NCBI GenBank assembly: GCA_029856435.1
Contig: JAHQXB010000033.1
Location: 1-24,996, forward strand
Source of the DNA: Candidatus Jordarchaeia archaeon
Lineage (GTDB): Archaea; Asgardarchaeota; Jordiarchaeia; Jordiarchaeales; Jordiarchaeaceae
Reading direction: 5' to 3'
DNA length: 24,996 nucleotides
Shown here in pieces: positions 1 to 12,000 of the stretch (its first letter is position 1; each line of letters begins with the position of its first letter). A model generated the notes under the pieces. The model saw only the letters and a list, made by a program, of their open reading frames with translations, had not been told where the DNA came from and ran no database searches. A program made the position numbers and the translations under genes.

Positions 1-138
1 CTCCACCCGACCGCATTCTTCCGCTTGATCGTGAGACGTCTCCTGCGCTCCTCACGGCGTTGGCGACAGCACCCGCAGGGGAATTGGTCTGTGAAGAAGC
101 AGGGAGGTGAATTCGTGGAGGTGAGGGTGGGTTCATCC

Positions 139-287
139 CAATAGTGTTCGAAAAATTGGATTAAGGGAGCGGAGTGAGCTTATCTGGAGGCTTGTTTGCG
201 CACTTGTTTTTCTCGCCAAAAACAGCCACAGAGCACATAATTTTCCCTTAAGTAAAAAAGGCTAAAAACATCTTTCGAACAGTATTG
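139..287 (-). mobile_element. 149-bp MITE (non-autonomous IS-like element), copy 1
   Basis: Its reverse complement matches 24338-24486 at 143/149 positions (hand alignment). Terminal inverted repeats CAATAGTGTTCGAAAAAT / CAATACTGTTCGAAAGAT (16/18). Flanked by 10-bp direct repeats GGGTTCATCC (129-138) and GGGTTCACCC (288-297), 9/10 identical. No transposase ORF inside. Confidence 0.93.
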
Positions 288-617
288 GGGTTCACCCTGA
301 GGGGGGCGGAATGAGAGGCGGCTTATGAACACGTGAGGCCACCGCGTGGTACTGTGAAGTCCCAACTCTATGTAATTCTATGACTTTCTAAAAATAGAGT
401 GGAACCCATTAATGTTTCAGAATTGCCAGTTACTTTCTAACTTTTATAACTTTAGTTTTAGGAATTATCCTGAAATGGTGGTCTCTTCCAGAGAAGTGCT
501 CTAAAAGTTCCTTTATAGGGTAGCTTGTTAAAATCGGTCCATTTTTTGTGGGGTGGAGAGGCTTAAGGAGTTTTCACTGATTATGTTGTTTGAGTAATAG
601 GTTGGGCTCTTTTGCAA

Positions 618-947
618 TCAAAGGGGGGAAGAAAATAGTTTGTGTTTTTGCCAGTTGGAGAAGAAGACTATGTAGGCCACTACTTCGTTCAGGTAGTTTT
701 CTATGTTTTCGTCTGTGTATCTTATGGCTGATTTGCTACTTGTTCTGATGGTTTTTCCATCGAGGTAGAGCTGTGTTAAGCCCGAGTGGGACATAATTTT
801 GTCTCTTTCGTTATTTTTCTATGTTGCTTCTGCTGGAGTTCATTCCTTACCGTTTTCAACGTAGCCAAGGGTGCTTCTGCTGCTCGTCATTATTCTACCC
901 TTCTCCACACGGGCAATGGCAGACCTTTCACTATTCCTAATATACAA
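618..947 (-). pseudogene. Frameshifted small beta-repeat protein (possibly 5-fold beta-flower-like)
   Basis: Not in the ORF track. AGGTGAT site then TTG at 947: MYIRNSERSAIARVEKGRIMTSSRSTLGYVENGK; in a shifted frame MNSSRSNIEK; then back in the first frame NERDKIMSHSGLTQLYLDGKTIRTSSKSAIRYTDENIENYLNEVVAYIVFFSNWQKHKLFSSPL* (TGA at 618-620). The recurring unit (I/M)x(T/N)SS(R/K)S supports two compensating frameshifts near 845 and 812. The fold name is a guess. Confidence 0.65.
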
Positions 948-1152
948 GTTTTAATCACCTTCCCATTTTTGAAACTCGCTAAGCTCATGAAGGGTGGAAA
1001 AAGGGAAAACTTGAAGCGTAGAGGCATATAGTTAAAGGCACCATTCACTGTTCAATTTTGAAACCGCTTTTCACCCTGAGAGCTCACATTTTTTATACAA
1101 TAAAAACGACAAATATAAAAAAGGGGAAACTTGGAAAAAGTGGGTTCAAAAA

Positions 1153-1632
1153 CTAGTTTAGCATCGTCGAGCTTAGGTAAATTGTTGTATTTGGTGTGTA
1201 TTTTCCGCATCTTATGCATGTGAATCCGAGGGGTTTTTCATTTTCGCTTTTGTATAGGGTGTCGCATTCACCCACTTCTCCGTCGCCACAGAGGTGGAGA
1301 AATGTAATACTTGACGTGTTTCCGCAGATGTAGCATTCATAACTGTATTCCACGGAGGATACCTTTTTGTTGTTGAGTGTTACCACAAATTTTTCTATGA
1401 GTGGCCTTCTGCAGACTCCGCAGGCGCAAACCACTTCTTCAACAGTTATTATTGTTGGGCAACCGCATCGGGGACAAATTTTGTAGGGTTCCTTAGTGCG
1501 GATTCCGAAAAATGTTTTAACTTTCAGTTTCTGGTACCAGGCACACCATCTGCAGAGTTCAATTAGCGCATAATCCTTACCCGGCGAAATGGCTTTTTTG
1601 GAAATATTTATCTGCTCTGTTCTTTTGCACAT
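1153..1632 (-). CDS. Cys-rich multi-zinc-ribbon hypothetical protein (159 aa)
   Basis: 15 Cys, mostly in CxxC-type pairs (CRWC, CPRC, CGVC, CYIC, CIRC). Purine-rich AAGGGATAGGCG directly precedes the ATG. Confidence 0.75.
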   Translation of the reverse strand: MCKRTEQINISKKAISPGKDYALIELCRWCAWYQKLKVKTFFGIRTKEPYKICPRCGCPTIITVEEVVCACGVCRRPLIEKFVVTLNNKKVSSVEYSYECYICGNTSSITFLHLCGDGEVGECDTLYKSENEKPLGFTCIRCGKYTPNTTIYLSSTMLN

Positions 1633-2070
1633 CGCCTATCCCTTTCTAGAGAAGGTGAAAGGATTAGTCTTCTAGGCTACCTGTTTTGCCTGCTTTGCTC
1701 TTATAAAGACCACAACTTATTTCCCAAATTTTTCTCTCCTTTGTTGGAGACCCTTCTGGAAAAATAGGGAAAACAGAGATAAAGGCTGCGTGCCTCAATT
1801 TCAGGATACTTGATTCGACTTAGTTTTAGGGTTTCTATCAAGACGGATTGAATTAAAGAAAAGGGGAAGAGAGGTTAGAACCGGTGCAGAAGAAGAAAAA
1901 TTGGGGACTTAAACGGTCTTAAACCATTCTCCATCAACTTGGCCAATCAAAGATAGGACTCATTAGACTATTTTTAGAAAAAAATGAGAAAACTTAATTA
2001 GGTAGGTAAATAGTTAACTTTTAAACGAGATATATAATTTATAGAGAAGAGAGGAAGAGAGGTGAGGTAA

Positions 2071-3777
2071 ACGGATAGAGAGAAAGAGTTAGAAAAGTTT
2101 GTAATTGCAGAAGAGGCCTACGATCCCCCGCTGACGCTAAACCGCATAATAAAGTTCGCAGCCACAGAGCATCCCACCAGTGAAGTGGTTTACCGAAACA
2201 TAGCGAGGGAAACTTATGCGGAGGCCTGGAAAAGAATCCAGAAACTCGCAAACGCGCTTGAGTCACTAAACGTTGAGCCGAACAGCCTTACTAGGGTGGG
2301 TACAGCGGACTGGAACAGCCACAGATACTTCGAGATGTATTTTGGCATCCCTAGCATGGGTAACGTGATGCACTCAGTGAACCAGCTCCTACCACCCGAA
2401 CAAATACTATGGACAATAAACCACGCAGAGGACAAAGTGCTCATATTCCACAAGGACCTTACACCCCTCATTGAAAGGATAAGCCCAGAACTCAAAACCG
2501 TTGAGAGCTACATAATTTGTACAGATGACGGAGTTTTGCCGGAAACAAAGCTTGAACCAGTTTTCGAATACGATGAACTACTAAGGGAGGCTCCGCCAAA
2601 ATATGATTTCCCGGAGCTTGATGAGAGAACACCCGCAGGCATAAACTACACAACAGGCACGACTGGCTTACCTAAGGGCTGCTGGTTCTCACACAGAGCA
2701 GTTGTGTTACACACCATAAACGGGATTAGCGGCCTACTGCAATGGACTCCAGAAGGAACCGACCTACATTTCTCAATAATATTCGTATTAACCCCTATGT
2801 TCCACAGCTTCGCGTGGGGAATCCCATACATAGCTGCAGCGGCCGGTTTAAAGCTTCTGCTTCACGGAAGACACGACGCAGTAGTAGCCATGGAAATGGT
2901 CAAGAGGGAGAGGACTCCCAAAAATCGGCCCATCTTTATGGCGGGGGTTCCCAGACTCCTTATGGAACTGGTGTATCATCCAAAGTTTGTAGAGTACAAG
3001 GAGTACTTCAAAGACGCACAGTACATTGTTGGAGGATCCATGCTCCCTGAAGGGCTTGCCCGCAAAGCTGAGGAGGAGGGCATGCGGCCAACCACAGGGA
3101 TGGGAATGACTGAAACATGTCCAGCTATGATAGGAACGCGGTACAAGTACCATATGTTTGATTGGCCGGAGGAAAAGAAATTCAAATTTAGACTCAGAAC
3201 CGGTTGGAACGACTCTCCGCTCGCCGAGGTTAAGGTGGTCAAACTTGAGAACATGGAGGAGGAAGTGCCTAGGGACAACAAGGCCTTCGGCGAAATGGTG
3301 TATAGGTCCCCGTGGTGCACATTAGGATACTTTAAAGATCCGGAAAGATCAAGGGAACTATGGCGTGGAGGCTGGCTGCACACAGATGACCTGTGCATCT
3401 GGGATGAGGAAAGAAGTATCTTCATCGTGGACAGGACAAAAGATGTTGTAAAGAGCGGCGGCGAATGGATTTCAACAAGCACCTTGGAAAGCATAATAAG
3501 CGCCTACCCAAAGGTGAAGCAGGTGGCGGTTGTAGGAGTTCCCCACCCGGAGTGGGATGAGAGGCCCATAGCTCTAATTGTTTCAACAGATGAGTACAAA
3601 GGAAAGGTAACCGAGGAGGAGCTGAAAGAGTACCTCATGAAACGTGTGGGGACCGGAGAAGTATTAAAATGGTGGATACCAGACAAGTTCTTCTTCGTTG
3701 ATACAATACCAATAACCAGTGCGGGCAAAATAAACAAGAAGTTAATAAGGTCAGAATACAAAGACGTGTTCAAATAA
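2071..3777 (+). CDS. Long-chain fatty-acid--CoA ligase / AMP-binding enzyme (ANL superfamily)
   Basis: AMP-binding motif YTTGTTGLPKG, plus PMFHSFAWG, GMTET, DRTKDVVKSGGEWIS, VGVPHPEWDERP and GKINK. The ORF-track start is GTG 2185, but the frame is open from 2071 (ACG after GAGGTGA) and encodes the family-typical YDPPLTLNRII N-terminal segment, so the start is uncertain. Confidence 0.9.
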   Translation, partial: TDREKELEKFVIAEEAYDPPLTLNRIIKFAATEHPTSEVVYRNIARETYAEAWKRIQKLANALESLNVEPNSLTRVGTADWNSHRYFEMYFGIPSMGNVMHSVNQLLPPEQILWTINHAEDKVLIFHKDLTPLIERISPELKTVESYIICTDDGVLPETKLEPVFEYDELLREAPPKYDFPELDERTPAGINYTTGTTGLPKGCWFSHRAVVLHTINGISGLLQWTPEGTDLHFSIIFVLTPMFHSFAWGIPYIAAAAGLKLLLHGRHDAVVAMEMVKRERTPKNRPIFMAGVPRLLMELVYHPKFVEYKEYFKDAQYIVGGSMLPEGLARKAEEEGMRPTTGMGMTETCPAMIGTRYKYHMFDWPEEKKFKFRLRTGWNDSPLAEVKVVKLENMEEEVPRDNKAFGEMVYRSPWCTLGYFKDPERSRELWRGGWLHTDDLCIWDEERSIFIVDRTKDVVKSGGEWISTSTLESIISAYPKVKQVAVVGVPHPEWDERPIALIVSTDEYKGKVTEEELKEYLMKRVGTGEVLKWWIPDKFFFVDTIPITSAGKINKKLIRSEYKDVFK

Positions 3778-3790
3778 AGGAAAATTGCTT

Positions 3791-3820
3791 GGGATTATTC
3801 CCTAATCTCTTTTCTTTTTT
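3791..3820 (+). terminator. Possible terminator after the acyl-CoA ligase
   Basis: Short stem (GATTA-ttccc-TAATC) followed by a T-rich run TCTTTTCTTTTTT, starting 14 nt after the stop codon. Confidence 0.35.
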
Positions 3821-4050
3821 GTAGTTTTCCTCTCTCACACATAGGACTATTTCTAGTTAAGTTTCTACCCATTTTGGGCATGCTGGTCGCGAGGCTGGCT
3901 CAGTATTTTTTGAAGAGAAAGGGAACGATAAAAAGGGGGCGCTGGTGCGACCTGTAAACGTGAATTCGCCCTTTTTAACAATTTCAAAATTAGTGTAGCG
4001 TGTAAGAGGGGGGATGTTGTGTTTTGTTTGGGGATTTAAAAAAAGGGGGA

Positions 4051-4509
4051 TTATTTGGGGATTTGGAATGAACATTTATCGTGGCCGGCGCTTTTTAGGG
4101 AGTTTATTTTGATTATCACTTCTTTTCCGAATTTTTCTTCAATGAGTCTTTCTATTAGGCTTTCGGTATATGTGCAGTAGAACTTGTTTGATATGTCAAA
4201 TCCCATTTGTTCAAAGGGGCAAACAGTAATGTCTATTTCGACATTTTCGGGGGACTCCTTCAGTGTTACACCATCATTTCCGGTAACTGGAGCTATAACC
4301 TCTTCAACGAGGATTTTTGCATATTCTCCAAGGGAACAACTTGAAACCTTATGTTTTTTCTTTATTCTTTCAGCCGCTTTCCTTCCCAAATCCCTACCAA
4401 CCAGTCGAAAAACTGCCCTAATGGTGCCAGCGCCCATTGTCTCTTCAAGGCGGGCAATCACATTCTTAAAAACATTTCCCGAAAATTTATAAATGCGTTC
4501 CCCTTCCAA
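4051..4509 (-). CDS. V4R (4-vinyl reductase) domain protein, about 152 aa
   Basis: VFRLVGRDLGRKAA helix and the V4R Cys pattern CPF...YCTY...GHDKCSF. Start moved from 4614 to TTG 4509 because GAGGTG lies 7 nt upstream (MEGERIYKF...). Confidence 0.8.
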   Translation of the reverse strand: MEGERIYKFSGNVFKNVIARLEETMGAGTIRAVFRLVGRDLGRKAAERIKKKHKVSSCSLGEYAKILVEEVIAPVTGNDGVTLKESPENVEIDITVCPFEQMGFDISNKFYCTYTESLIERLIEEKFGKEVIIKINSLKSAGHDKCSFQIPK

Positions 4510-4829
4510 CTTGGTACACCTCGTGGTTCTTGCATTGACCAAGGACTGATAGAGGGGGGCAAGTGCAGATGGATTGCCTTGAAATAAAAATCTTTTGTTC
4601 AAAAAATAAGCCACGCTGTAAATATTTTAGTTCTCTTTCCGTTTTGTTGAGACCTTGTTGTAAGTATGTGGTTTGTTGACATGGTATGTGTGCAGGGTTA
4701 GCCAGTCTCACCTTTTTTTAGGCTTATTTGGAAGGAAGCCCTGTTAAGCCTCCTTTTTTTGAGAAGGATCAAATGATTACGTATAGAAGAGAAGCTACAT
4801 ATTTAAGATGAGGTCCCCGTTTTGTTGTG

Positions 4830-4896
4830 CGAAAGATTTAAATAGGGTTTTTGCTCATTTATATTTCAGGTATTATACATTATGTATTATACATAA
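4830..4896 (+). promoter_or_regulatory. Putative hsp20-cdc48 promoter (BRE/TATA) with downstream palindromic operator candidate
   Basis: CGAAA (4830-4834) then TTTAAATA (4837-4844). TATTATACAT occurs twice (4871-4880, 4885-4894) and forms overlapping inverted repeats ATACAT-T-ATGTAT and TATGTA-TTA-TACATA at about the expected transcription start. Confidence 0.5.
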
Positions 4897-4937
4897 AGTT
4901 TACTACATTGAATAAATCACCAGAGAGGTGTCAAACC

Positions 4938-5441
4938 ATGAACAGATTCGACGACATCTTCAAAGAACTAAGAAAAACATTAAGCGAGCAAGAATTCATA
5001 TTCGACCGCCTATTCAGAACAGTACTCGAACCAGACACCCAAGAGGCACAACTAAACCACAGCGTCTCAATACACATAGACCAAGACGGAAAACCAGTAA
5101 CCACATGGCTCGGAAACATAAACCTCAATAGAGACGCACAATTTGACGAAGCAGCGCAAACTCCATACACGGAAACCCACATAGACAAGGACGCCGGAAT
5201 CCTAATAATAGTTGCAGAACTCCCAGGCGTCTCCAAGGAAAACATCAAAGTCAAGGCCAGCAAGAGGAAGGTAACCATATCCGCAGAATCAGAAAAGAAA
5301 AAGTACTACAAGGAAGTGGACACGGAACGGGAAATTGACCCCAAATCCACCAGTGCACAGTACAAGAACGGAATCCTTGAAGTGAGAGTAAAGTTTAAGG
5401 AACCGCTGGAATCCGACGAGTTTGAAGTCGAGGTAAAATAA
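4938..5441 (+). CDS. hsp20: Small heat-shock protein, Hsp20/alpha-crystallin family (167 aa)
   Basis: IVAELPGVSKENIKV, SAQYKNGILEV and C-terminal EVEVK (IxI-like) motif. Start set at ATG 4938 after GAGAGGTG rather than at 4851. Confidence 0.95.
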   Translation: MNRFDDIFKELRKTLSEQEFIFDRLFRTVLEPDTQEAQLNHSVSIHIDQDGKPVTTWLGNINLNRDAQFDEAAQTPYTETHIDKDAGILIIVAELPGVSKENIKVKASKRKVTISAESEKKKYYKEVDTEREIDPKSTSAQYKNGILEVRVKFKEPLESDEFEVEVK

Positions 5442-5501
5442 AATAAAAAATTATATGTTTAGTTAAAAAAAATGTTTATTTTAAAAATTAATTGGTGGTG
5501 A

Positions 5502-7709
<2,208 letters not shown>

Positions 7710-7776
7710 GGTGGATGGTGTTTCCCATCCCTACCAATTTTTTTGCTTTTTAAGGAAAAAAGGTTGGTGTTTTAGG

Positions 7777-8502
7777 ATGGAGAGGGAAATTTCTCTTGAG
7801 GAGTTGATGTTCATCTTGGGTAATCCCACCAGGCGTAGGATTCTTCAGCTGCTTACCCAGGGAAGCCGCTACCCTTTTGAGATAGCTACCCAGCTCAAAA
7901 TTACTCCCAGGGCGGTTTCTCAGCATTTGGCTCTTCTTGAGGAGAAAGGTATTGTGAAGAAGAGGGTTGTTGAGAGCCCCATTGGTCCTGAGAGGACTTA
8001 CTACTATGTTGACACTTCACTATTTCTGTCTTTTAGCATTGCGCCTAACACTTTCAGAGAGATTCTGGAGGTGTTACCTGATGTCGTTGAGACGGACAGC
8101 GGCAAACTGAACCGTTTTCTTAAGGGGATTTACAGTTTGGAGAAAGTGCAGAGCCCTCTGGAAAAGCTGAGGAGGGGTGTGGAGTTGCTGAACAGTATAG
8201 AAGAGGAATTGATGGCTCTGCGGGAGGAGGAGAAGCGGCTGATTCAGTTCTCACAGATGATTTTCCGGGAGCTGGACCAGACGATTAGGGAATTTGGTCT
8301 TCTTCCCTATGCTGCTTCTTCGCTGCGGATACTGCTTGAGTCTGGGGGAGAGTGCCCCCTTTCCAAGATTTCCGAGCTCTTGGATGTGAGGGAAGAGAAA
8401 CTGATGCAGGCACTGAAAGAATCAGAGGAGAAGGGGATAATAAGAATAGAAACCTCCAAGAAAGACAATAAATTTGTGCTGCGCCTCGGCAAAAAGGACT
8501 AA
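7777..8502 (+). CDS. ArsR-family winged-helix regulator, Phr/HSR1-like heat-shock repressor (241 aa)
   Basis: LGNPTRRRILQLL...AVSQHLALLEEKGIV...GPERTYY resembles Pyrococcus Phr as I recall it (LGNETRRRILFLL...AVLEHLRILEEAGLI). Followed by a coiled coil and a second wHTH-like segment (LSKISELLDVREEKLMQALKESEEKGII). Start set at ATG 7777, not 7690. Co-oriented with hsp20 and cdc48. Confidence 0.85.
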   Translation: MEREISLEELMFILGNPTRRRILQLLTQGSRYPFEIATQLKITPRAVSQHLALLEEKGIVKKRVVESPIGPERTYYYVDTSLFLSFSIAPNTFREILEVLPDVVETDSGKLNRFLKGIYSLEKVQSPLEKLRRGVELLNSIEEELMALREEEKRLIQFSQMIFRELDQTIREFGLLPYAASSLRILLESGGECPLSKISELLDVREEKLMQALKESEEKGIIRIETSKKDNKFVLRLGKKD

Positions 8503-9072
8503 AAAAGGAATTACGCTCCAAAAAAAGAACTAGTATCCAGCAGTGTAGGAAGACCTAACAGCCTTTTACATGGCTTCCCAGCATTAGGAACAATTCGGAT
8601 TGGGGCTTTAACCTTTTTTAGGATAGAGTTTGGAGTATTATTCTAAGCAGTTGCTAAACAAAATATGTGGGCTAGCATTCTGAATGGCCTATAACCTTTT
8701 TTATGAAAACCTTCACATATTGAGGGGCTCTAGCGAAGAATTTAAACCCCAATTTATGCGGTCTGTGTTACCCTCCCTTTTTGGATACAGCTTTCTCCCA
8801 AGGGGCGCAAAAAAAGTGATTATCGCAAATTATAGGAAATCAAAGGAGAACAATTAAAGAAGACCGAAAAATCAAGCAGTTTTGAGAAATTTGTTTGCAG
8901 GACGGGTTTGAACATTTTTATCTTTGCCCTTTGTACTTTTCTGGTTGGTTGCAGATTAAATTTTAATTAATGATTGGTGTTGTTGCTAAAGAAAGAAATT
9001 TATCAGTCCGCTTCTAGATATTTACTCAATGGTGGGAAGCTCCTCCACCGCGGCACAGTGTATATTTAGAGT

Positions 9073-12000
9073 GTGGTTTTGATGGGCAGTAAGCAGCTTC
9101 CTTTTACTCAGGGTGTCGAGATAGAGCTTCAGATTGTGGATCAGAGTGGCAGTCTTCTTCAGGGTCAACCCCTAATAAGGGTTTGGGACCACTTGCTCAA
9201 GCGTGCGGCCGCCATGCTGGAGAAAAAGGTTCTTGAGGGGGCTCCCAGCATTGTGAGGGAAAGGCTGGTTCGTGTGGGGCGTGTGGAGAAGGAGCGTCAG
9301 GGGAGAAGGCTGCCCTACATTACTGTGAGCTACAAGATGCGTGGGGGCAAAAACGTTGAGATTTACGCCTTCGGACCGGATCCCAACATTAGCCAGGTTA
9401 CTTGGATTCTTGAGCTGGTAACCCCTCCCTGTGACACTATGGAGGAGCTGGGTTGGTGGATTAAGTCTCTTTACCGGGTTGCTCTGGACTCTTTGCCCAG
9501 CGGATACGGAATCATATCCATTGGCTTTAATCCTAAGGAGGCTGAGTATCGTAGTGGGGTCACCTTCGGCGACCACTACCATATTGGAGTGCCCGACAGT
9601 AGGGATAGGCTTGCTGCTTATAATGTGCTGCGTTGTTTTCTGCCCCACCTTATTGCGCTTTCTGTGAATTCCCCATTCATGAATGAGGGGCCCACGGGGA
9701 ATGTTAAGGTTAGGAAGACGCCTAGGGTCACCATTCTGGGCCAGAATAATGTTAGGAGTCTTAGGCTGAAGTTTAACAAGGGTCAGACTGGACCCGCGGA
9801 CAAAGATCACTATATTCCCTTTCTTGAGAGGCTTGACAGGAGGCAGTTTGACAAAATTGTGAGCAGGGAGCCCCCCGACGACCGGTTCGTGGATATGTTT
9901 CCGTTTACCGACTATGGAACGATTGAAATCCGAGTTTTTGATAGCCAGTTTAGTGTTTCGCGTAGATTGGCTCTGGTAGCAATTATTCAGGCCCTAGCCT
10001 ATAAGGCTGTGAAGCTTGCCAAGTCTGGCCAGAAGCTGCCAGACGTGAGCTCCGAGATTCTGGTGGACAATAGGGATAAGGCTATTGAGTTTGGACTTTT
10101 CGGAAAATTCTTTGGAGACGATGGTCTGAACGGTTCAAACAAGCAATTTGCAAAATACTATAATTTTGATCCTGCCACTGGGAAGCCGAATACAAAGCTT
10201 TTTGAAGCCGTTCAAAGTATGCTCAAGTTTATTCAGGATGAGGTTGAGGATCTGGGATTCCAAGAGTATCTCAAGCCAGTTTTAGCCTCTGTTATGGGAA
10301 CCAGCCAGCTTGAACCTCCCTGCTCACCTGCAGACTATCTTCTCTATCTCTACCACTCTTCGGGCGGAGAGTTTAAGAGAGTAACGTCAAACCTCATTAA
10401 GATGACCGAGGACTTTTGCACGAGCCTCGACGAGGATCCCATAACAAGACTCTTCGGAGCCCCTGAGATGGCAATGAAGGAAGCCGTTGCCACACCCGCA
10501 TCCGTATCCACTACACCACCAGCGGCCTCCGGCGTCACTGCGCCTATTGCTGTTCCTGTGTCCGCCTTTTCTGTGAAGGGCTCCGCGTCTGTGGGGGTTA
10601 AGCAGGTTATTGCTGGGGAGCGTATTCCCTTCCAGCTGAGCTTATCTTCAAATAGTAGTTCTGAGGCTCATGTCACGATTCTTGGAAAGGTTTTATCCAA
10701 AGAGGGTGATGAGGAAGCTGTTATTAGCACAGCGGTGAGGGAAGTTTCGCTCAAGCCAGGTAAAGAATCAACATTTAGGGAGAACAGCATTCCCCTTGCA
10801 GTGCCTTTCGGAGCCTTCTCTAAGCCCAAAAGTTGCTTCCTCCAGTTCACCGTTCGTGACGATGAGAAAAACGAGTTAACTAAAATAAAAACTGGCTCCT
10901 TTAGGGTAATTGCCACACCCAACATTTCAATTAGGCCCTCCTCCTTCTACAAAAAATTTGAAGAGGGAAAAACCTATGAGATGAGTTTCCAAGTGGCAAA
11001 CACCACCCCCCAATTCTCGGGAAAGTACCAGGTACGCATTTTCCACAAGTTTCCAAGTGGAGTTCTAAAACTTCAGACGGAGAAGAGTCTAACCAACCTT
11101 AAGGAAGTAAAAATCCCTCACAGTCTAAAAGTGGGGGGAGAAATCGCAAAAGAGGTGCATCTAAGAGTAAGAGTGCAGGTTCTCTACAAGGGAAGAATTG
11201 TAAGCGAGTATGAAACCCCAAACATAGAAATCCTCCCCAAGGCAGCACCAGAACCAGAACCTAAGAAACCAGAAATTAGGGTAATAACTAAACTCACTAC
11301 GGAAGCATACCCCCCACAAGCAGCTCCACGAGTAAAACCTGAAGTGACCGTGAAGCCCACACCAAGGACAACGCCTCAGCCAACACAGCCGAAGACTCAA
11401 CCTTCACCGCAGGTGCGCCCCCAACCTCAAAAATATCGGGCCGAAGGGGAGCCCACACTAAAATTGAAGGTGGTCACACCCACAGTGAAGACAGCGCCCC
11501 CAAAAAGGGTTAGACCCAAAGAGAAGAAAGTTAAGCCAGCAACCCCTGCGAAGGCATCTATGAAAACCAAGCTGAAAACACGCCCTGCAGTTAAGCCCAC
11601 CCGGGAAAAAGCCATTAAGCCAACACTGAGAGTTTTAGAGGCGAAGCCAACATCTTCCAAACAAGCTTCTGAAACTAAGGCATCCTATGTGAAAGTTACT
11701 CCAAATAGGGTGGTCAGCAGCCCCACGGCTGAAGGGTACGGAACGAGTCGTGCTGAAGCAGTCAAGGTGGCTGAGGTTGCGCCTGCAAAGGTGCCTGCTT
11801 GGCCTGCGGCGAAGAGGGTTAGGGAGTCGAAGGCGGTTGAGGTTTCTGCTGTTGAGCCGCCCAGAGTTTCTCTCCACATTAATTCTAAGGATAAGGAGTT
11901 AGTTCTGGGTTCCAGCTGCAATTTTGAAATTGATTTGAAAAACCTTAATCTGGACGTTACTGGAGATTTCTGGCTGAATCTCTACTATTGCCCATCTGGC

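Noticed and set aside
1-360. Structured ncRNA (SRP, RNase P) in the GC-richer left edge
   Set aside because: Only short possible pairings (CCGC/TTCCGC with GCGGAA/GCGG) and none of the conserved SRP or RNase P motifs.
180-365. 61-aa minus-strand ORF
   Set aside because: More than half of it is read through the MITE; it is a chimeric frame.
812-845. Selenocysteine/pyrrolysine readthrough of the in-frame TGA and TAG in 618-947
   Set aside because: The shifted frame between the stops (MNSSRSNIEK) matches the protein's repeat unit, so two frameshifts explain it better.
786-1031. 81-aa plus-strand ORF
   Set aside because: Antisense shadow of the minus-strand pseudogene at 618-947, which has a ribosome-binding site and internal repeats.
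4487-4711. 74-aa minus ORF as a frameshifted N-terminus of the V4R gene
   Set aside because: A clear GAGGTG + TTG start at 4509 already gives a complete V4R domain, and the upstream peptide is not recognisable.
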